From a virus: a DNA stretch of 64,000 nt. Shown here in pieces: positions 40,501 to 50,164 of this stretch. The notes under the pieces are model-generated. The model searched no databases. It was given only the letters and a program-made list of their open reading frames with translations, and was not told the DNA's origin. The stretch's first letter is position 1. Each line of letters begins with the position of its first letter. The stretch is from positions 1 to 64,000 of the IMG/VR virus record IMGVR_UViG_3300021964_012561; one strand, written 5' to 3'. The position numbers were made by a program, and so were the translations under genes.

Positions 40501-41020
40501 AAGAAGTTTGCAGTCGGAAGACCTTTTAGAAAATCATTCTTTCGCAACAATCGCGCCAGTTTTTGAAGTAGATCCAGCAGAAGAAGTAATTGATGATTCA
40601 AGATTATCTTTTGATTTATCTGTTATGAAGGGTCTCAATGAAAACATTGTCGATGTTTTTCCTCATTTTGATGAAATTGAAACTGCCTTAGGTAAACCTA
40701 ACTTAGTTTTTAATGAAAGATATCCTGATTTAGAAAATTTAAGAAAAGTTTATTTTGAGAATGTAATTGAAGATTTAAATTTAAACAAGTATAGAGAATT
40801 ATTTAAGTGGTTAGATGGCTCTTTTTCTGATATTATTTTTCAATCTATACCACGCAATACTAGGTTTTTAGGAATTAACTTTGTTTATGAGTCACATATG
40901 TTGGAGCGAAACAAATTAAAATATCTACATGACGAAATTTATCTTAAGTCTTTACCTAGAAATCCTTCTAGAGGTAATATTTTTTTAAGTCAATTTGTTT
41001 GCAAAATTAAGAAAGGTTAA
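37550..41020 (+). CDS. Large baseplate/tail protein with LamG-like domains
   Basis: FSGSIDDFRLYHRKLS, LVLYYKFNE; KGTLDSIKSIF resembles P2 gpI/T4 gp7-type wedge proteins. Confidence 0.65.
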   Translation: MSKRLLTNNKGKLFKSKYRKSNTDARSYLQPGNSEILKIANIENTNLESTASFRYEFNKPIKSTQQLNLDFSKFENHTFFHSAVAKVNESFLNILNFYPFNGTEKQIEAFEDSLTGFEKYILDKYPKNKGYLVFSGTQKGESLSNGTQINVLDQNASRVPSIKSLKDRNVTLDPSVNSFAVQFFINPESIVNDNQIIFQKKSSLANNFTLFLSNSSSTSNCEIHFGITSGSRYTAVSSSIDKGSFSHVTAMFDTDFDQKTKLIIFNQDNIKTVASSSNALNVMSLNYFGADLDIGSGGNFRYNDQEFEPQQTFSGSIDDFRLYHRKLSDDEIFKNKDRSVSGDKNLVLYYKFNEPYGSYAGNNIVLDHSVNSRSELIQNFIVNNRLTGSLTPLKSEDINKCPVLFPQFPKVSSFNSEMLVTASLYDTANPNLITKLIPQHYLDIGNNFEGYEEYLGNIQTEISNLNTLRESVNTQRSAQMMTKFLLIWAKHFDQLKMFIDSFSLYRLVDYDDLNTAPDTFLKSLSQYLGMPVPDLFSQNNDDSFFKGLDYQNVASKSNLSIKKIQYTIWRRILSEYSSYVSSKGTLDSIKSIFLASGIDPSNIFHIREYGGAKARSLKSSNQKINDNIGFIDFSGSLGNEENSRNNQGRSIDKSPYLKSTFLSGSRVSPGKPLIKGTFVNGISNNLSDGLFTSSSFDYHATYFYSNYHEHKTLQSLIRLQTTGSTVPSSKESCIINLVNNSQENKLSLFVSDDPTSSTISELFLTGVNIADGNIWSVNFGRKSSEFLESDLKSQFYLKASTFDPGLDPVLYKTSSLLTESTNSVFSNVSTAHNASGSILTIGSQSFEDTSLFINAGTANQKATHFSGHVSFINFWSKDYTDKEFTAYVKNPSNYGSNNVKSNYNFLQNQSGSNQKVRIHTSGKQATTSSNSSGEIRIFDFSQEENHFSGYNFEANKKVIINKNFIRETLSPNFDLNSSENKIRVRSLQSEDLLENHSFATIAPVFEVDPAEEVIDDSRLSFDLSVMKGLNENIVDVFPHFDEIETALGKPNLVFNERYPDLENLRKVYFENVIEDLNLNKYRELFKWLDGSFSDIIFQSIPRNTRFLGINFVYESHMLERNKLKYLHDEIYLKSLPRNPSRGNIFLSQFVCKIKKG

Positions 41021-41021
41021 A

Positions 41022-42077
41022 ATGGAAACAACAACAATTTTCAATATTAAAGAAAGATCTAAACAAGAAAGGCTAAGGCTAGATTCTAGAACTTTTTACG
41101 AAAAATCATTAGCTACAACACTGGTATCCGGGTCCGATAGGATTGGAATGATTCATTATAAAGAAATTTCAACTATTTCTATTATTGTACCTGATTCATC
41201 GATAGAAGGTACTAGGGTAGGAAGAACAACTAGTTTTTCTAATATTAACGACGTTGACTCTTTTAGGTACGGAAAAGACATTAAAAGCGTTAAAAACTTG
41301 CTTAACGACAAAATAGTACCAAACATTACTTTAGGTAGAGAGCAAAATATTACAAATGATGACTACATAGATCATTCTTTAGAGCTTTGCTTTTACGGTC
41401 AAAACAGTCTTTTTAAAACATACGACTACAAAAGAGAAAGTTTTATTCCTTTTGAAGATTTTGAAGGCAAACCTGCATTTAAGCGGTTTATTGGTTTGAA
41501 TGATGAAGACAAGAGTGGAATGTTTCCTTATGCCTACAACGAAAAAAGAAATTATGATAAATTTAGAGATCCGGATCCTGCATCTTTAGATGGCGCAATT
41601 GAAGTTTTTCATGTTAGAAATTCTCCAGCGAATACAGGGTTTATAGACTTACAAATTAAAGGTGCAAGAGGTCTTTTTGGGGTAGGAAATTGGGAATTAA
41701 CTCAACATACAACATACGGTAAAAAGGGGTCACCTTTAGTTTCTGAAAGATATGAAATTAAACAGTCTTCACACGACTTTTTTGACGACGCAGACGAATC
41801 GATCTTAGGTAAACCAGTAGAAGGTTTTATTTCGGAAGGCCTTTATAAATCTTCACCATTTATTGAAAAAAATCATTATTTGATCGATGAATATGAACAC
41901 TTGACAGCAATCCAGAAATCCAATTTAATTTCGTCTTCTAGTCGAGATGATTCAGAATTAGGGACTCGTTTTAAAAGTCGTGATAACGGCCTTATAATAA
42001 CACCGTTTTATCAATTAACCGAACAAAGATCTTTTGGGACAGATTCAATCGCCTTTAGTGGATTATTAAAAGGATAA
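41022..42077 (+). CDS. Hypothetical structural protein
   Basis: ATG 41022 directly after the upstream stop; structural context. Confidence 0.55.
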   Translation: METTTIFNIKERSKQERLRLDSRTFYEKSLATTLVSGSDRIGMIHYKEISTISIIVPDSSIEGTRVGRTTSFSNINDVDSFRYGKDIKSVKNLLNDKIVPNITLGREQNITNDDYIDHSLELCFYGQNSLFKTYDYKRESFIPFEDFEGKPAFKRFIGLNDEDKSGMFPYAYNEKRNYDKFRDPDPASLDGAIEVFHVRNSPANTGFIDLQIKGARGLFGVGNWELTQHTTYGKKGSPLVSERYEIKQSSHDFFDDADESILGKPVEGFISEGLYKSSPFIEKNHYLIDEYEHLTAIQKSNLISSSSRDDSELGTRFKSRDNGLIITPFYQLTEQRSFGTDSIAFSGLLKG

Positions 42078-42079
42078 AA

Positions 42080-45000
42080 ATGCCAAAAATAGTTAAAGTT
42101 AGAAATTATAGCCCGCCTAATCTTTTAGATAAGTTTTTCGTCAATGACATTCTACCTGCGTCAGGAGATAATTTAAGGGGTTTGCGAGGCTATAATTACA
42201 ATGCAGGCAATGATCTAAGATTATGGGTAAGATTTAAATCCGATGCACCTGACGAATTAGTAGATTATGATTCAAATAAAATTCCATCCAATGCGTACCA
42301 AGGAACAGCTAACACGCCTGCAGTTTTAGATGATGTTCTTAACTCCAGAATGCATCAAATGATTGTAGGAGGAAGTACATCTGCCTATGCAAGAATAACA
42401 TTTCCAGGATTAGATGGCAACAATAATCCTATAACTTTTGGCGGAGGCTCTGGCGCAGACCCGGATAGACCTTTTAGCATTGGCTTTTGGTATAAATATA
42501 GGCCGGACAAAAACACACCCAGGACTTTATTTGATAAAGGTAAACCAGGAACTGGTTACGAATATCGTGCAGATTTATTGTATACAGGGGACTTAATTTT
42601 TCGAATTTACGGCAACGGATCAATAACTGATTATGAAGAAGTTAAAGTTGAAAATAGCAATGTTATCGATCAAGAATGGCATCACCTAGTATTTACGTAT
42701 GATGGGACTGGTGGTCCAGCCTCAAATGCAGGTATGGAAATATACATCGACGGTGTTCAGCAGACAGTAGTTAGAGATGACGGAGGTTCATATGCATATA
42801 TGGATGGCGTGTCAGAAAGATTACACATCGGATCACAGGCCAGTGGAGGCAATATAGCTGATGGTAGCATTGCTGAATTTGCAATATGGGGTAAAGAACT
42901 TTCAATTGAAGAGATTAAGGCAATCTATTATTCTTCTCTAGAGGACTCTGTCGTTAAATCTGGTTACATTAGCTTACCACCTAGAGTAAGATTAAGAGAT
43001 GCGGATAATCGCTCAGGTTGCTATCCTACTAAACATAGAATGGGTGATAAGGATCGAAGCGGAAAGCAAAATATATTTTATGAAGACCTTCCAATAAAAT
43101 TTGGTTCATGTATTAAAGATGATTTTGAAAGTGTCATAACAGATGATCTAGGAAATGCACCTCTAGGTTCAGGTATTAATCGCCAAAAGTTAGATGAAAA
43201 TAAATGGGCTTTATCACGTCATATGTCGATACGGACAGACAAATATCAAGCTTCTGACGGTAGTACTGTAGAAGACAAGTGCTTAGTTTTCGCCGGCAGA
43301 GGTACGATAGAAGTAGGAGAAAATGTAAGATTCTTAAAGGTAAAAAATAAAATTACAAATCCGATAAGCATTGATTTTGATGTAATTCAAGGCCCATATA
43401 GCTTAGGAAATTATCTTCAAGTTGGAGGTCTTGACTTAGGACATGTAGTTCCGTTTGGAAGCCCCTTTTCACCATCTGCAGATAATTTATATAACGGTTT
43501 AAGAATTCAAGCAAGTACACATCCAAATTTTGGCTCTAATCCGACCGTCGACGTTGCATTTATTGATTTGGAACCTGATCAAAGAAATTTTTATGGTCAT
43601 GAAGGAACTGAATTTCCTGTACCTCGCAGAAAAAGAATTAGTTTAGACATGACAAGTTTTAAAACTTTTGAAGATGGATTTTATCTTCGCATAGCTCAAA
43701 AAAATTTTAACTTTGCAATTGCAAATTTTGCAATTTCCAAAATTTCTATTAGTTATGCTGATCAAACAATTAATTATCCGTTACTTTTAGATTATAATGA
43801 TCGCGCAGGAAGTAAAATTTCTAATAAATACATTGCAAACCCACACCAGAGTGGATCTTTGACTGGAACAGGAAGGTCAGTCAGCGGTATATCAGATGTT
43901 GCAAATCCATTTCAAGAGTTTACTCAAGCAATCTCACCATTTAATGAAACGCTTGTAATAGAAAATGAAAATTTTGGCTTTTTTAATACCGGTCTAGATC
44001 CAAACATTTATCCTGGTTTTCAGTCCCCAGCTCGCAGTAAAACAAAATTTACGGTTAACTTAAGCCCGGAAACACCAACAACCTTTGGTCATATAGACGA
44101 ATTAGGTGTTTTAAATCAAAATATAACAACGGATACCTCCGGAGCCGGTCAAAAATTAATGGTCTACTGGAATCAAAATCTTAAACGATGGGAAAAAATC
44201 GGTCAACCTTTGCACCACAATAATCTTAGAAATCCAACATTGTCTGATTTAAACAATACTGGATCAACATTAATGTTATCTCAATCTTGCTTAGGTTTTG
44301 GCCCTAATTTAGCTTCTTTTGGGACAAGAGGTAGTAGTGGAGAGACTAACTTTTATGATCGAGGATTATTAAGGCTTAGCAATAAAAAAACATCATTATT
44401 TAATTTTCCTCATGGGCCTCAATATAACGCAACAGGTAGTCAATTTATAAAAGCAAGTGACTTAGGAATTACAAAACCCTTTCTTTTAGAAAAATGTTCA
44501 ATTGAATTTGAATCAAAATTTGAACAATTTAGTAGTAAAGCATCATCTAATGATTTTGATCAACATAAACCTTTTAGATTAGCCGTAGCACCTGAAAACA
44601 CAGCCGGCTCAGCAATTACAACATTTGGTGCAAACTTAGTGACGCCTACTTTTTTTATGCTAAGACAATTTAAAGATAACTATACAAAACAAGTTTTAAT
44701 TAAAAACAGTGGGTGGAACGCACAACGAGTCATATCCGGATCTAGTTTTTCTATTCCTGGCAACTATAAAACAGGACAAAATGGAGATTCTGAAATTTAT
44801 GTTAATACAAATAGAGAATTAATAACATTTGGCCAAATGGGATTATTTACAACATCAAGCGCGCAATCTGACACTGCTGATAGAGACGCTGACGACTCTA
44901 GAGAAGATGAAAACGGTAACGAAATTTTAATAAGTGATTTTATAGACGCAGGATTATCATATGATTTAAATGTTAATGAAACTTTACCTGATACAAATCC

Positions 45001-46417
45001 TAGGCAATTAACCGGTAGTTTTGTTATGAATTTTAATACAAAATATTCTACAAAAACCATCGACAGCGTTATTAATGTAACACAATTTAATTTTAATGAA
45101 TTTTTAGGCAGCGCTAATAGAAGCACTGTTGTCATGGATTTGCCAAATGAAGCTGTTAGATCAAACGATGATCTTAAGGTAAGTAGAGCAATTGTTAATA
45201 ATTTAAACAGTTTTAGCGGTGAGCTGTCTCAAGCATTGCCAGACTCAACAAACACTTCAAACCCCCAGGTTGTAAAAAGGCATGCACCCTTGAGAGATGT
45301 AGAAAAAATCTCTCCTTATTTAATTTTACCAAATGATAATTTAATTTTGGGCTGGCAGTATCCGCCAATGAAAGATCCAGTTAATCATTCTGTGGGCAAT
45401 GATAGCAATAATAAAGGTAAATTCTCTATGACCCTTTTTGGTAGGGCCAAATTACACCTTTATGGTTCACAGGTTGTAGAAAACAAAGAATTTCACGAAA
45501 CCGTGAATCAAAACTTAACATCTTGTGCTGTTTATGAACATGTTATTGGAGATGAAAAGATTGTTGATCAATGGCAAGTTGCGTATCGAGGAGAATTGAC
45601 AGGAAGTTATTCAAGGCAACATACATATGCTGAAGCCGGATATACTACTTTGCATAACAAAGGCCTCTCATACGAATGGTGGGATACACCTCAATACTCG
45701 GCACTTGTTAAACAAACAGACCCACCTGCTTTTCGAATAGGCGCAGGATCATATAGTAATTTGGATACTTTTGACGGCTTTAATGAATCTATACCCAGTA
45801 TACTTCAAGCATATATAGATGCTTTGCAAGAAGAGATTGGAAGAGAAGTTGTTCGTATCGCAGCACAACAATATAAATCATGTTATACATCGATAAATTT
45901 TAGAGATCAAGATCGATTATTTGCTGACAAGCCAGGAGCCGGCGGCACAAATGTAAATACCGGAAAAGAAGATATCGTCTACTATTATGATGATAGTACT
46001 TATGGTACAACACAAAAATTAGGCTTTGGTAATGTTAGCGGTTATTCTGATATCGACAGACCTAGACCGGTTTATAGTTTTAATCGTGATCATTTCGGGT
46101 ATTATGCTGACATGTACAAACAAGGGCTTGATGGAAAATTTGTTCCTAAGGCACGTCAAGGCTTTACAACAGGGTTTGATATAGCAATTAACTCCCAATC
46201 TCCTGTTAAGATAAAATTTGTAAGTGGTACTGTATCAGAAGGGCCAAATCTTAGACTGTATACAGAAAAAGATGTTGATCTTTATTTGGATGAAAAGTTT
46301 TTTCAAAGTTCAAATTTAAGCACAGCTGCTACGAGTTCAATTCCGTTTATTGATGACAATACGCCTAGAAACAGATCTTACATTGAAACTGAATTTATAG
46401 CAGTACCACTTTTTTAA
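42080..46417 (+). CDS. Large virion protein with LamG/ConA-like domain
   Basis: FSIGFW, WHHLVFTYDG, IYIDG, GSIAEFAIWGKELS. Confidence 0.7.
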   Translation: MPKIVKVRNYSPPNLLDKFFVNDILPASGDNLRGLRGYNYNAGNDLRLWVRFKSDAPDELVDYDSNKIPSNAYQGTANTPAVLDDVLNSRMHQMIVGGSTSAYARITFPGLDGNNNPITFGGGSGADPDRPFSIGFWYKYRPDKNTPRTLFDKGKPGTGYEYRADLLYTGDLIFRIYGNGSITDYEEVKVENSNVIDQEWHHLVFTYDGTGGPASNAGMEIYIDGVQQTVVRDDGGSYAYMDGVSERLHIGSQASGGNIADGSIAEFAIWGKELSIEEIKAIYYSSLEDSVVKSGYISLPPRVRLRDADNRSGCYPTKHRMGDKDRSGKQNIFYEDLPIKFGSCIKDDFESVITDDLGNAPLGSGINRQKLDENKWALSRHMSIRTDKYQASDGSTVEDKCLVFAGRGTIEVGENVRFLKVKNKITNPISIDFDVIQGPYSLGNYLQVGGLDLGHVVPFGSPFSPSADNLYNGLRIQASTHPNFGSNPTVDVAFIDLEPDQRNFYGHEGTEFPVPRRKRISLDMTSFKTFEDGFYLRIAQKNFNFAIANFAISKISISYADQTINYPLLLDYNDRAGSKISNKYIANPHQSGSLTGTGRSVSGISDVANPFQEFTQAISPFNETLVIENENFGFFNTGLDPNIYPGFQSPARSKTKFTVNLSPETPTTFGHIDELGVLNQNITTDTSGAGQKLMVYWNQNLKRWEKIGQPLHHNNLRNPTLSDLNNTGSTLMLSQSCLGFGPNLASFGTRGSSGETNFYDRGLLRLSNKKTSLFNFPHGPQYNATGSQFIKASDLGITKPFLLEKCSIEFESKFEQFSSKASSNDFDQHKPFRLAVAPENTAGSAITTFGANLVTPTFFMLRQFKDNYTKQVLIKNSGWNAQRVISGSSFSIPGNYKTGQNGDSEIYVNTNRELITFGQMGLFTTSSAQSDTADRDADDSREDENGNEILISDFIDAGLSYDLNVNETLPDTNPRQLTGSFVMNFNTKYSTKTIDSVINVTQFNFNEFLGSANRSTVVMDLPNEAVRSNDDLKVSRAIVNNLNSFSGELSQALPDSTNTSNPQVVKRHAPLRDVEKISPYLILPNDNLILGWQYPPMKDPVNHSVGNDSNNKGKFSMTLFGRAKLHLYGSQVVENKEFHETVNQNLTSCAVYEHVIGDEKIVDQWQVAYRGELTGSYSRQHTYAEAGYTTLHNKGLSYEWWDTPQYSALVKQTDPPAFRIGAGSYSNLDTFDGFNESIPSILQAYIDALQEEIGREVVRIAAQQYKSCYTSINFRDQDRLFADKPGAGGTNVNTGKEDIVYYYDDSTYGTTQKLGFGNVSGYSDIDRPRPVYSFNRDHFGYYADMYKQGLDGKFVPKARQGFTTGFDIAINSQSPVKIKFVSGTVSEGPNLRLYTEKDVDLYLDEKFFQSSNLSTAATSSIPFIDDNTPRNRSYIETEFIAVPLF

Positions 46418-46448
46418 CGAATAATTTTAAACCAAGATAAATAATAAT

Positions 46449-47492
46449 ATGGCAGGAATACTAGACAAAAAAACAAGATTTATTGACCTTATTGTAACTC
46501 AAGAAGGAAAAAGACAAATCGCAGCAGGAAAGTTAAGGGCTGAGTATGCATCAATAACTGACATGCACGCTTTTTATAAAAAAGGTTATACATATTCAGA
46601 TGTTACTGATCGTATTTACTTTGAAGCAATGGAACGACCTGAGCATTCGATAGTAATGGAAAAAGATGATAGTGGCAAGCTGTTTACATTTGATCATTCC
46701 CCAACCGGTTCAATAATTGGTAATGCTATCTTTGAAAAAGAAACTCAAGTTGCAACTGACTTGCATAAAGTAAAAATAGCAACCGGTTCTCAATTTGCAT
46801 CTTTAAGTGCTGAAATAGAAAAAACTTTCTTAAGGCATTTTCAGAAAAACTACTTTATCTCGTCCATGGACACTATCGGAGATCAAACTTTTGAGTTAAG
46901 TGATTATTTTTTAGAATATAAAATTACAAATGCAGTCCCATTTGAAAATGGTCCAAACCCTGAAGTAATTAATGTTAATAATGCTGAACCTTTTATGCTT
47001 GACTCAAAATTAGCACACCTTCCTAATTTTGAGTTTTTACCACCTGTTAATGAAGATGGTTCTGCATATGGTCAATATACAGATATAAGAAACACAACCT
47101 TAGAGTCTTGGGACAACATTAAAGAAAGACTAGGAAGAAAAGCATTTACTAATTTTTCTCAAGACATTAATGACAATGTCGATGTTAAAGTTGATACTTT
47201 TGGAGATTTTCATAGAAAAATACAAATGACTGATGCTCCTCCTAGGGCAAAAAAAGAATTCAAAACAATTACGTTTAATAAGACATCTAGAGATAATAAT
47301 TTACTAATTCAAGTTTTTCAAAAAAACAAAAACCTACTTCAAAAACTTGACATTGTAGACGCAGGAATTTTTATTGATGAAAACGACACAAATAACTTAT
47401 TTGAAAAACATGTTTTTTATGTAGGTAAAATTTATTTAGATGATTTTAATACGCCTACGTTTATTAATTTATTTACAATTGTCTTTGATTAG
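46449..47492 (+). CDS. Structural protein, N-terminus paralogous to 56667
   Basis: MAGILDKKTRFIDLIVTQEGKRQIA versus MGFLDHSTNNIIVDAVLTDIGRQSLA. Confidence 0.6.
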   Translation: MAGILDKKTRFIDLIVTQEGKRQIAAGKLRAEYASITDMHAFYKKGYTYSDVTDRIYFEAMERPEHSIVMEKDDSGKLFTFDHSPTGSIIGNAIFEKETQVATDLHKVKIATGSQFASLSAEIEKTFLRHFQKNYFISSMDTIGDQTFELSDYFLEYKITNAVPFENGPNPEVINVNNAEPFMLDSKLAHLPNFEFLPPVNEDGSAYGQYTDIRNTTLESWDNIKERLGRKAFTNFSQDINDNVDVKVDTFGDFHRKIQMTDAPPRAKKEFKTITFNKTSRDNNLLIQVFQKNKNLLQKLDIVDAGIFIDENDTNNLFEKHVFYVGKIYLDDFNTPTFINLFTIVFD

Positions 47493-47500
47493 GAAAACAA

Positions 47501-50164
47501 ATGAGAATTATTGAAGAGGCAAAGCCTGAAAGCAAAAAAATTTTTACTAACGTTAGGAATGTTCCACTTAAATCAAAATTGGTTAATATAACCACAGTTG
47601 ACAATGAAAAACTTTTTCATTATGATGTCTATTTAGAAATTAATAAAAGACAAGCTATACTGCAAAATTTAAAAAAAATTGAAATTAATCTCATAAGTGA
47701 CAAATCCAGCCTAAATAGGCAACGACCTAGTCTTTTTGACAATGTTGATACTAACAATACCAATGAGCTTAACTTGGTGGCAATTAATGCCGCAAGGATT
47801 AACTTCGACCAAGTTGCAAATATAAATTCAAATAATGAAATTTATAGTGTTGGTGAAATGTCTAGTGATGATGTATTTATAAACGAAAATCTAGGAAAGA
47901 TAACTTCTAACATGTTAACAAAACGGCCAGATAAAGAAACATTTGGATTTAAATCTAGGTTAGTCTTAAAGGAGCAACTAAATACAGGACGACCAAATTT
48001 AAAATTTAAAGATTACTTAACGCAACCTACAGTTAGTCAAAACAACGAAACAATTGAAAGAGATAAATTTAATTCAAACTATACAAGGTTTGTTAATAGC
48101 GGCATAGATCCAGCTACGATGTTGTCAAAGACTTTTGGAACAAATACAAATAGAGGTACATTAAGTAAATTTAGAGGAAGTTTTACTTCGTTTGTTTCTT
48201 CGCCAGCATCTGGAGTCAAGCAAAAGCTATATAGTTCGCTAACTAGCGGTATTGAGACAACAATCAATACAGAAGCTTCAAGTGTTGACTATGTATTAGA
48301 ATTAGAAACCCTTGCTAATATTGATGCGAAATTATCGCAGCGAATTGTATTGAGTGAAAGCTTGCTTCAAAACTATCCAACTGATGAAATTAGCATACTT
48401 TTTATTGCAAGGAATGATAAAAACGTCAAAATAGAATCAGGCACTGGCATAATAGAACACACCAAGGAAAAAGAAAAAATTAATTTTCCTAAGTTTGATT
48501 TTGAAGTTGAAGCAAATAGAACAACAACAGGTCAAAGTATACTTTCTATCAAAAACAACGAGTCATCACCTAGGCTATTTAATGTATATAGTAGACAACT
48601 TAATAATTACTTGCCTCAAGAATTAATACCGTTTGAAGAAAAAAGACTAGGTGTATTAGTTCAACCACGACAAAAAATTATTCTATTTAGAAAAGGAAAT
48701 TTTTTTAAGAAAAATCGTCCAGTCTTTTTTAGAGTCAACCCAGTCTTCGCAGAAAAAGAATACTCAAACTCTAAATTTGCCTCAATTACAACAGGAAGAA
48801 GATTAAGTAATTTAACATATGCCGGTATTTCTGCGATTATACAAAATGATCGAATTGCAATTCAGGTTAAAAATGTTTCTCAGGCAATAAAAAAAATAGA
48901 ACTGTATAGAAAAAATTTAACAAAAAAAGAAAGAAAATTTTTGCCCACACAATCAAAAGGTAGGTTAGGTAATAGTAATGAATTGTCTAGAAATAAGTTT
49001 AAATCTACTGCGTCTAACGATTTTAGCGCTATTTATAAATTTGTTGATGATGATGTTGAAGAATTTAATACTTATGAGTACAAAGCAGTTTTATATGATG
49101 AAAATGGTAATAAGTACATGTCATCATCAAGTGCAATCGAAAGATATTCAAAACCAACAGGTTATGTCAACATGACAGCTACGCAGTCTGGAACAGATAA
49201 TTCTTTTTCTGAATACAGGCAAATAACAATTAGCGGAAACGTTGAAAGAAAAGAAACAGATGCAGATAGGTTGTTTAAAGACTTATTTGGTAAATACTAT
49301 GACCTTTTCGAGGATGATCTTAAAGAAATCAAAGATTTGACTGGTATGTCTATTAATGTTTTGGTTGAAATGATTAACAGAGACAATTCTGAAATAACCA
49401 GATTAGGCGAATTATCAGTTGACAATGAAGGTAATTTTTCAAAAGAATTTTTAATTCCTAAAAAGCAATCATTAGCTATAAAGCTTATTCCTAGAGTTCT
49501 TCCTCCTGCTGATCTTCTTTCAAAATTAACAAAAAATTTAGAAAACTTGGCGCTAAAACAGCGCTTTGCACCTGTTAGCCCTAGCGCAAACGCTGCTTTT
49601 AAAACTAGATTACGCAATAGAAGCAGAGGTGCTGTGTCAGCTACTGGTGATAAATTTTCTTCTCGCATGTCTCGAACCAAAGGAAAAATAATTGATTCTA
49701 GAACAGATCTTAACAGAACAGATTTTGACTCATATTACGACGGAGACACTGGTGATGTTTTATATTTACTAATCGAGGGAGAATCTCCTTTTAATGTTAC
49801 AAATTTAGTCAATATTACGAACGCATCTATAGAATATTTAGAATTAAACAATGTTGATCAAGCAAATGACAACAATCAGAAAAGAGTTGGCATCAAAGAA
49901 GAATTTTATTTAGCAAATTTTAGTTTAAATAATGAAAGCGACAAATTAGATTTTTTACTAATGTCATTTGAAGAAAATGGAAATTTAAATTTCAGTGGTT
50001 TAGCATATGCGTCTAACAACACTTCACAAGTTAATTATGTTTACAAAACACCGTTACTTTACGGAAAAATTAGCTTTTTTGCTAGCCCAGTATTAAAAAA
50101 TGGTGAAACTTTGGCACCTATTTTAATTAAAACAATCTACAAAGATGATCAAGGAATCAAATGA
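47501..50164 (+). CDS. Large structural protein, Fn3/Ig-like segments
   Basis: IELYRK ... FVDDDVEEFNTYEYKAV pattern. Confidence 0.5.
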   Translation: MRIIEEAKPESKKIFTNVRNVPLKSKLVNITTVDNEKLFHYDVYLEINKRQAILQNLKKIEINLISDKSSLNRQRPSLFDNVDTNNTNELNLVAINAARINFDQVANINSNNEIYSVGEMSSDDVFINENLGKITSNMLTKRPDKETFGFKSRLVLKEQLNTGRPNLKFKDYLTQPTVSQNNETIERDKFNSNYTRFVNSGIDPATMLSKTFGTNTNRGTLSKFRGSFTSFVSSPASGVKQKLYSSLTSGIETTINTEASSVDYVLELETLANIDAKLSQRIVLSESLLQNYPTDEISILFIARNDKNVKIESGTGIIEHTKEKEKINFPKFDFEVEANRTTTGQSILSIKNNESSPRLFNVYSRQLNNYLPQELIPFEEKRLGVLVQPRQKIILFRKGNFFKKNRPVFFRVNPVFAEKEYSNSKFASITTGRRLSNLTYAGISAIIQNDRIAIQVKNVSQAIKKIELYRKNLTKKERKFLPTQSKGRLGNSNELSRNKFKSTASNDFSAIYKFVDDDVEEFNTYEYKAVLYDENGNKYMSSSSAIERYSKPTGYVNMTATQSGTDNSFSEYRQITISGNVERKETDADRLFKDLFGKYYDLFEDDLKEIKDLTGMSINVLVEMINRDNSEITRLGELSVDNEGNFSKEFLIPKKQSLAIKLIPRVLPPADLLSKLTKNLENLALKQRFAPVSPSANAAFKTRLRNRSRGAVSATGDKFSSRMSRTKGKIIDSRTDLNRTDFDSYYDGDTGDVLYLLIEGESPFNVTNLVNITNASIEYLELNNVDQANDNNQKRVGIKEEFYLANFSLNNESDKLDFLLMSFEENGNLNFSGLAYASNNTSQVNYVYKTPLLYGKISFFASPVLKNGETLAPILIKTIYKDDQGIK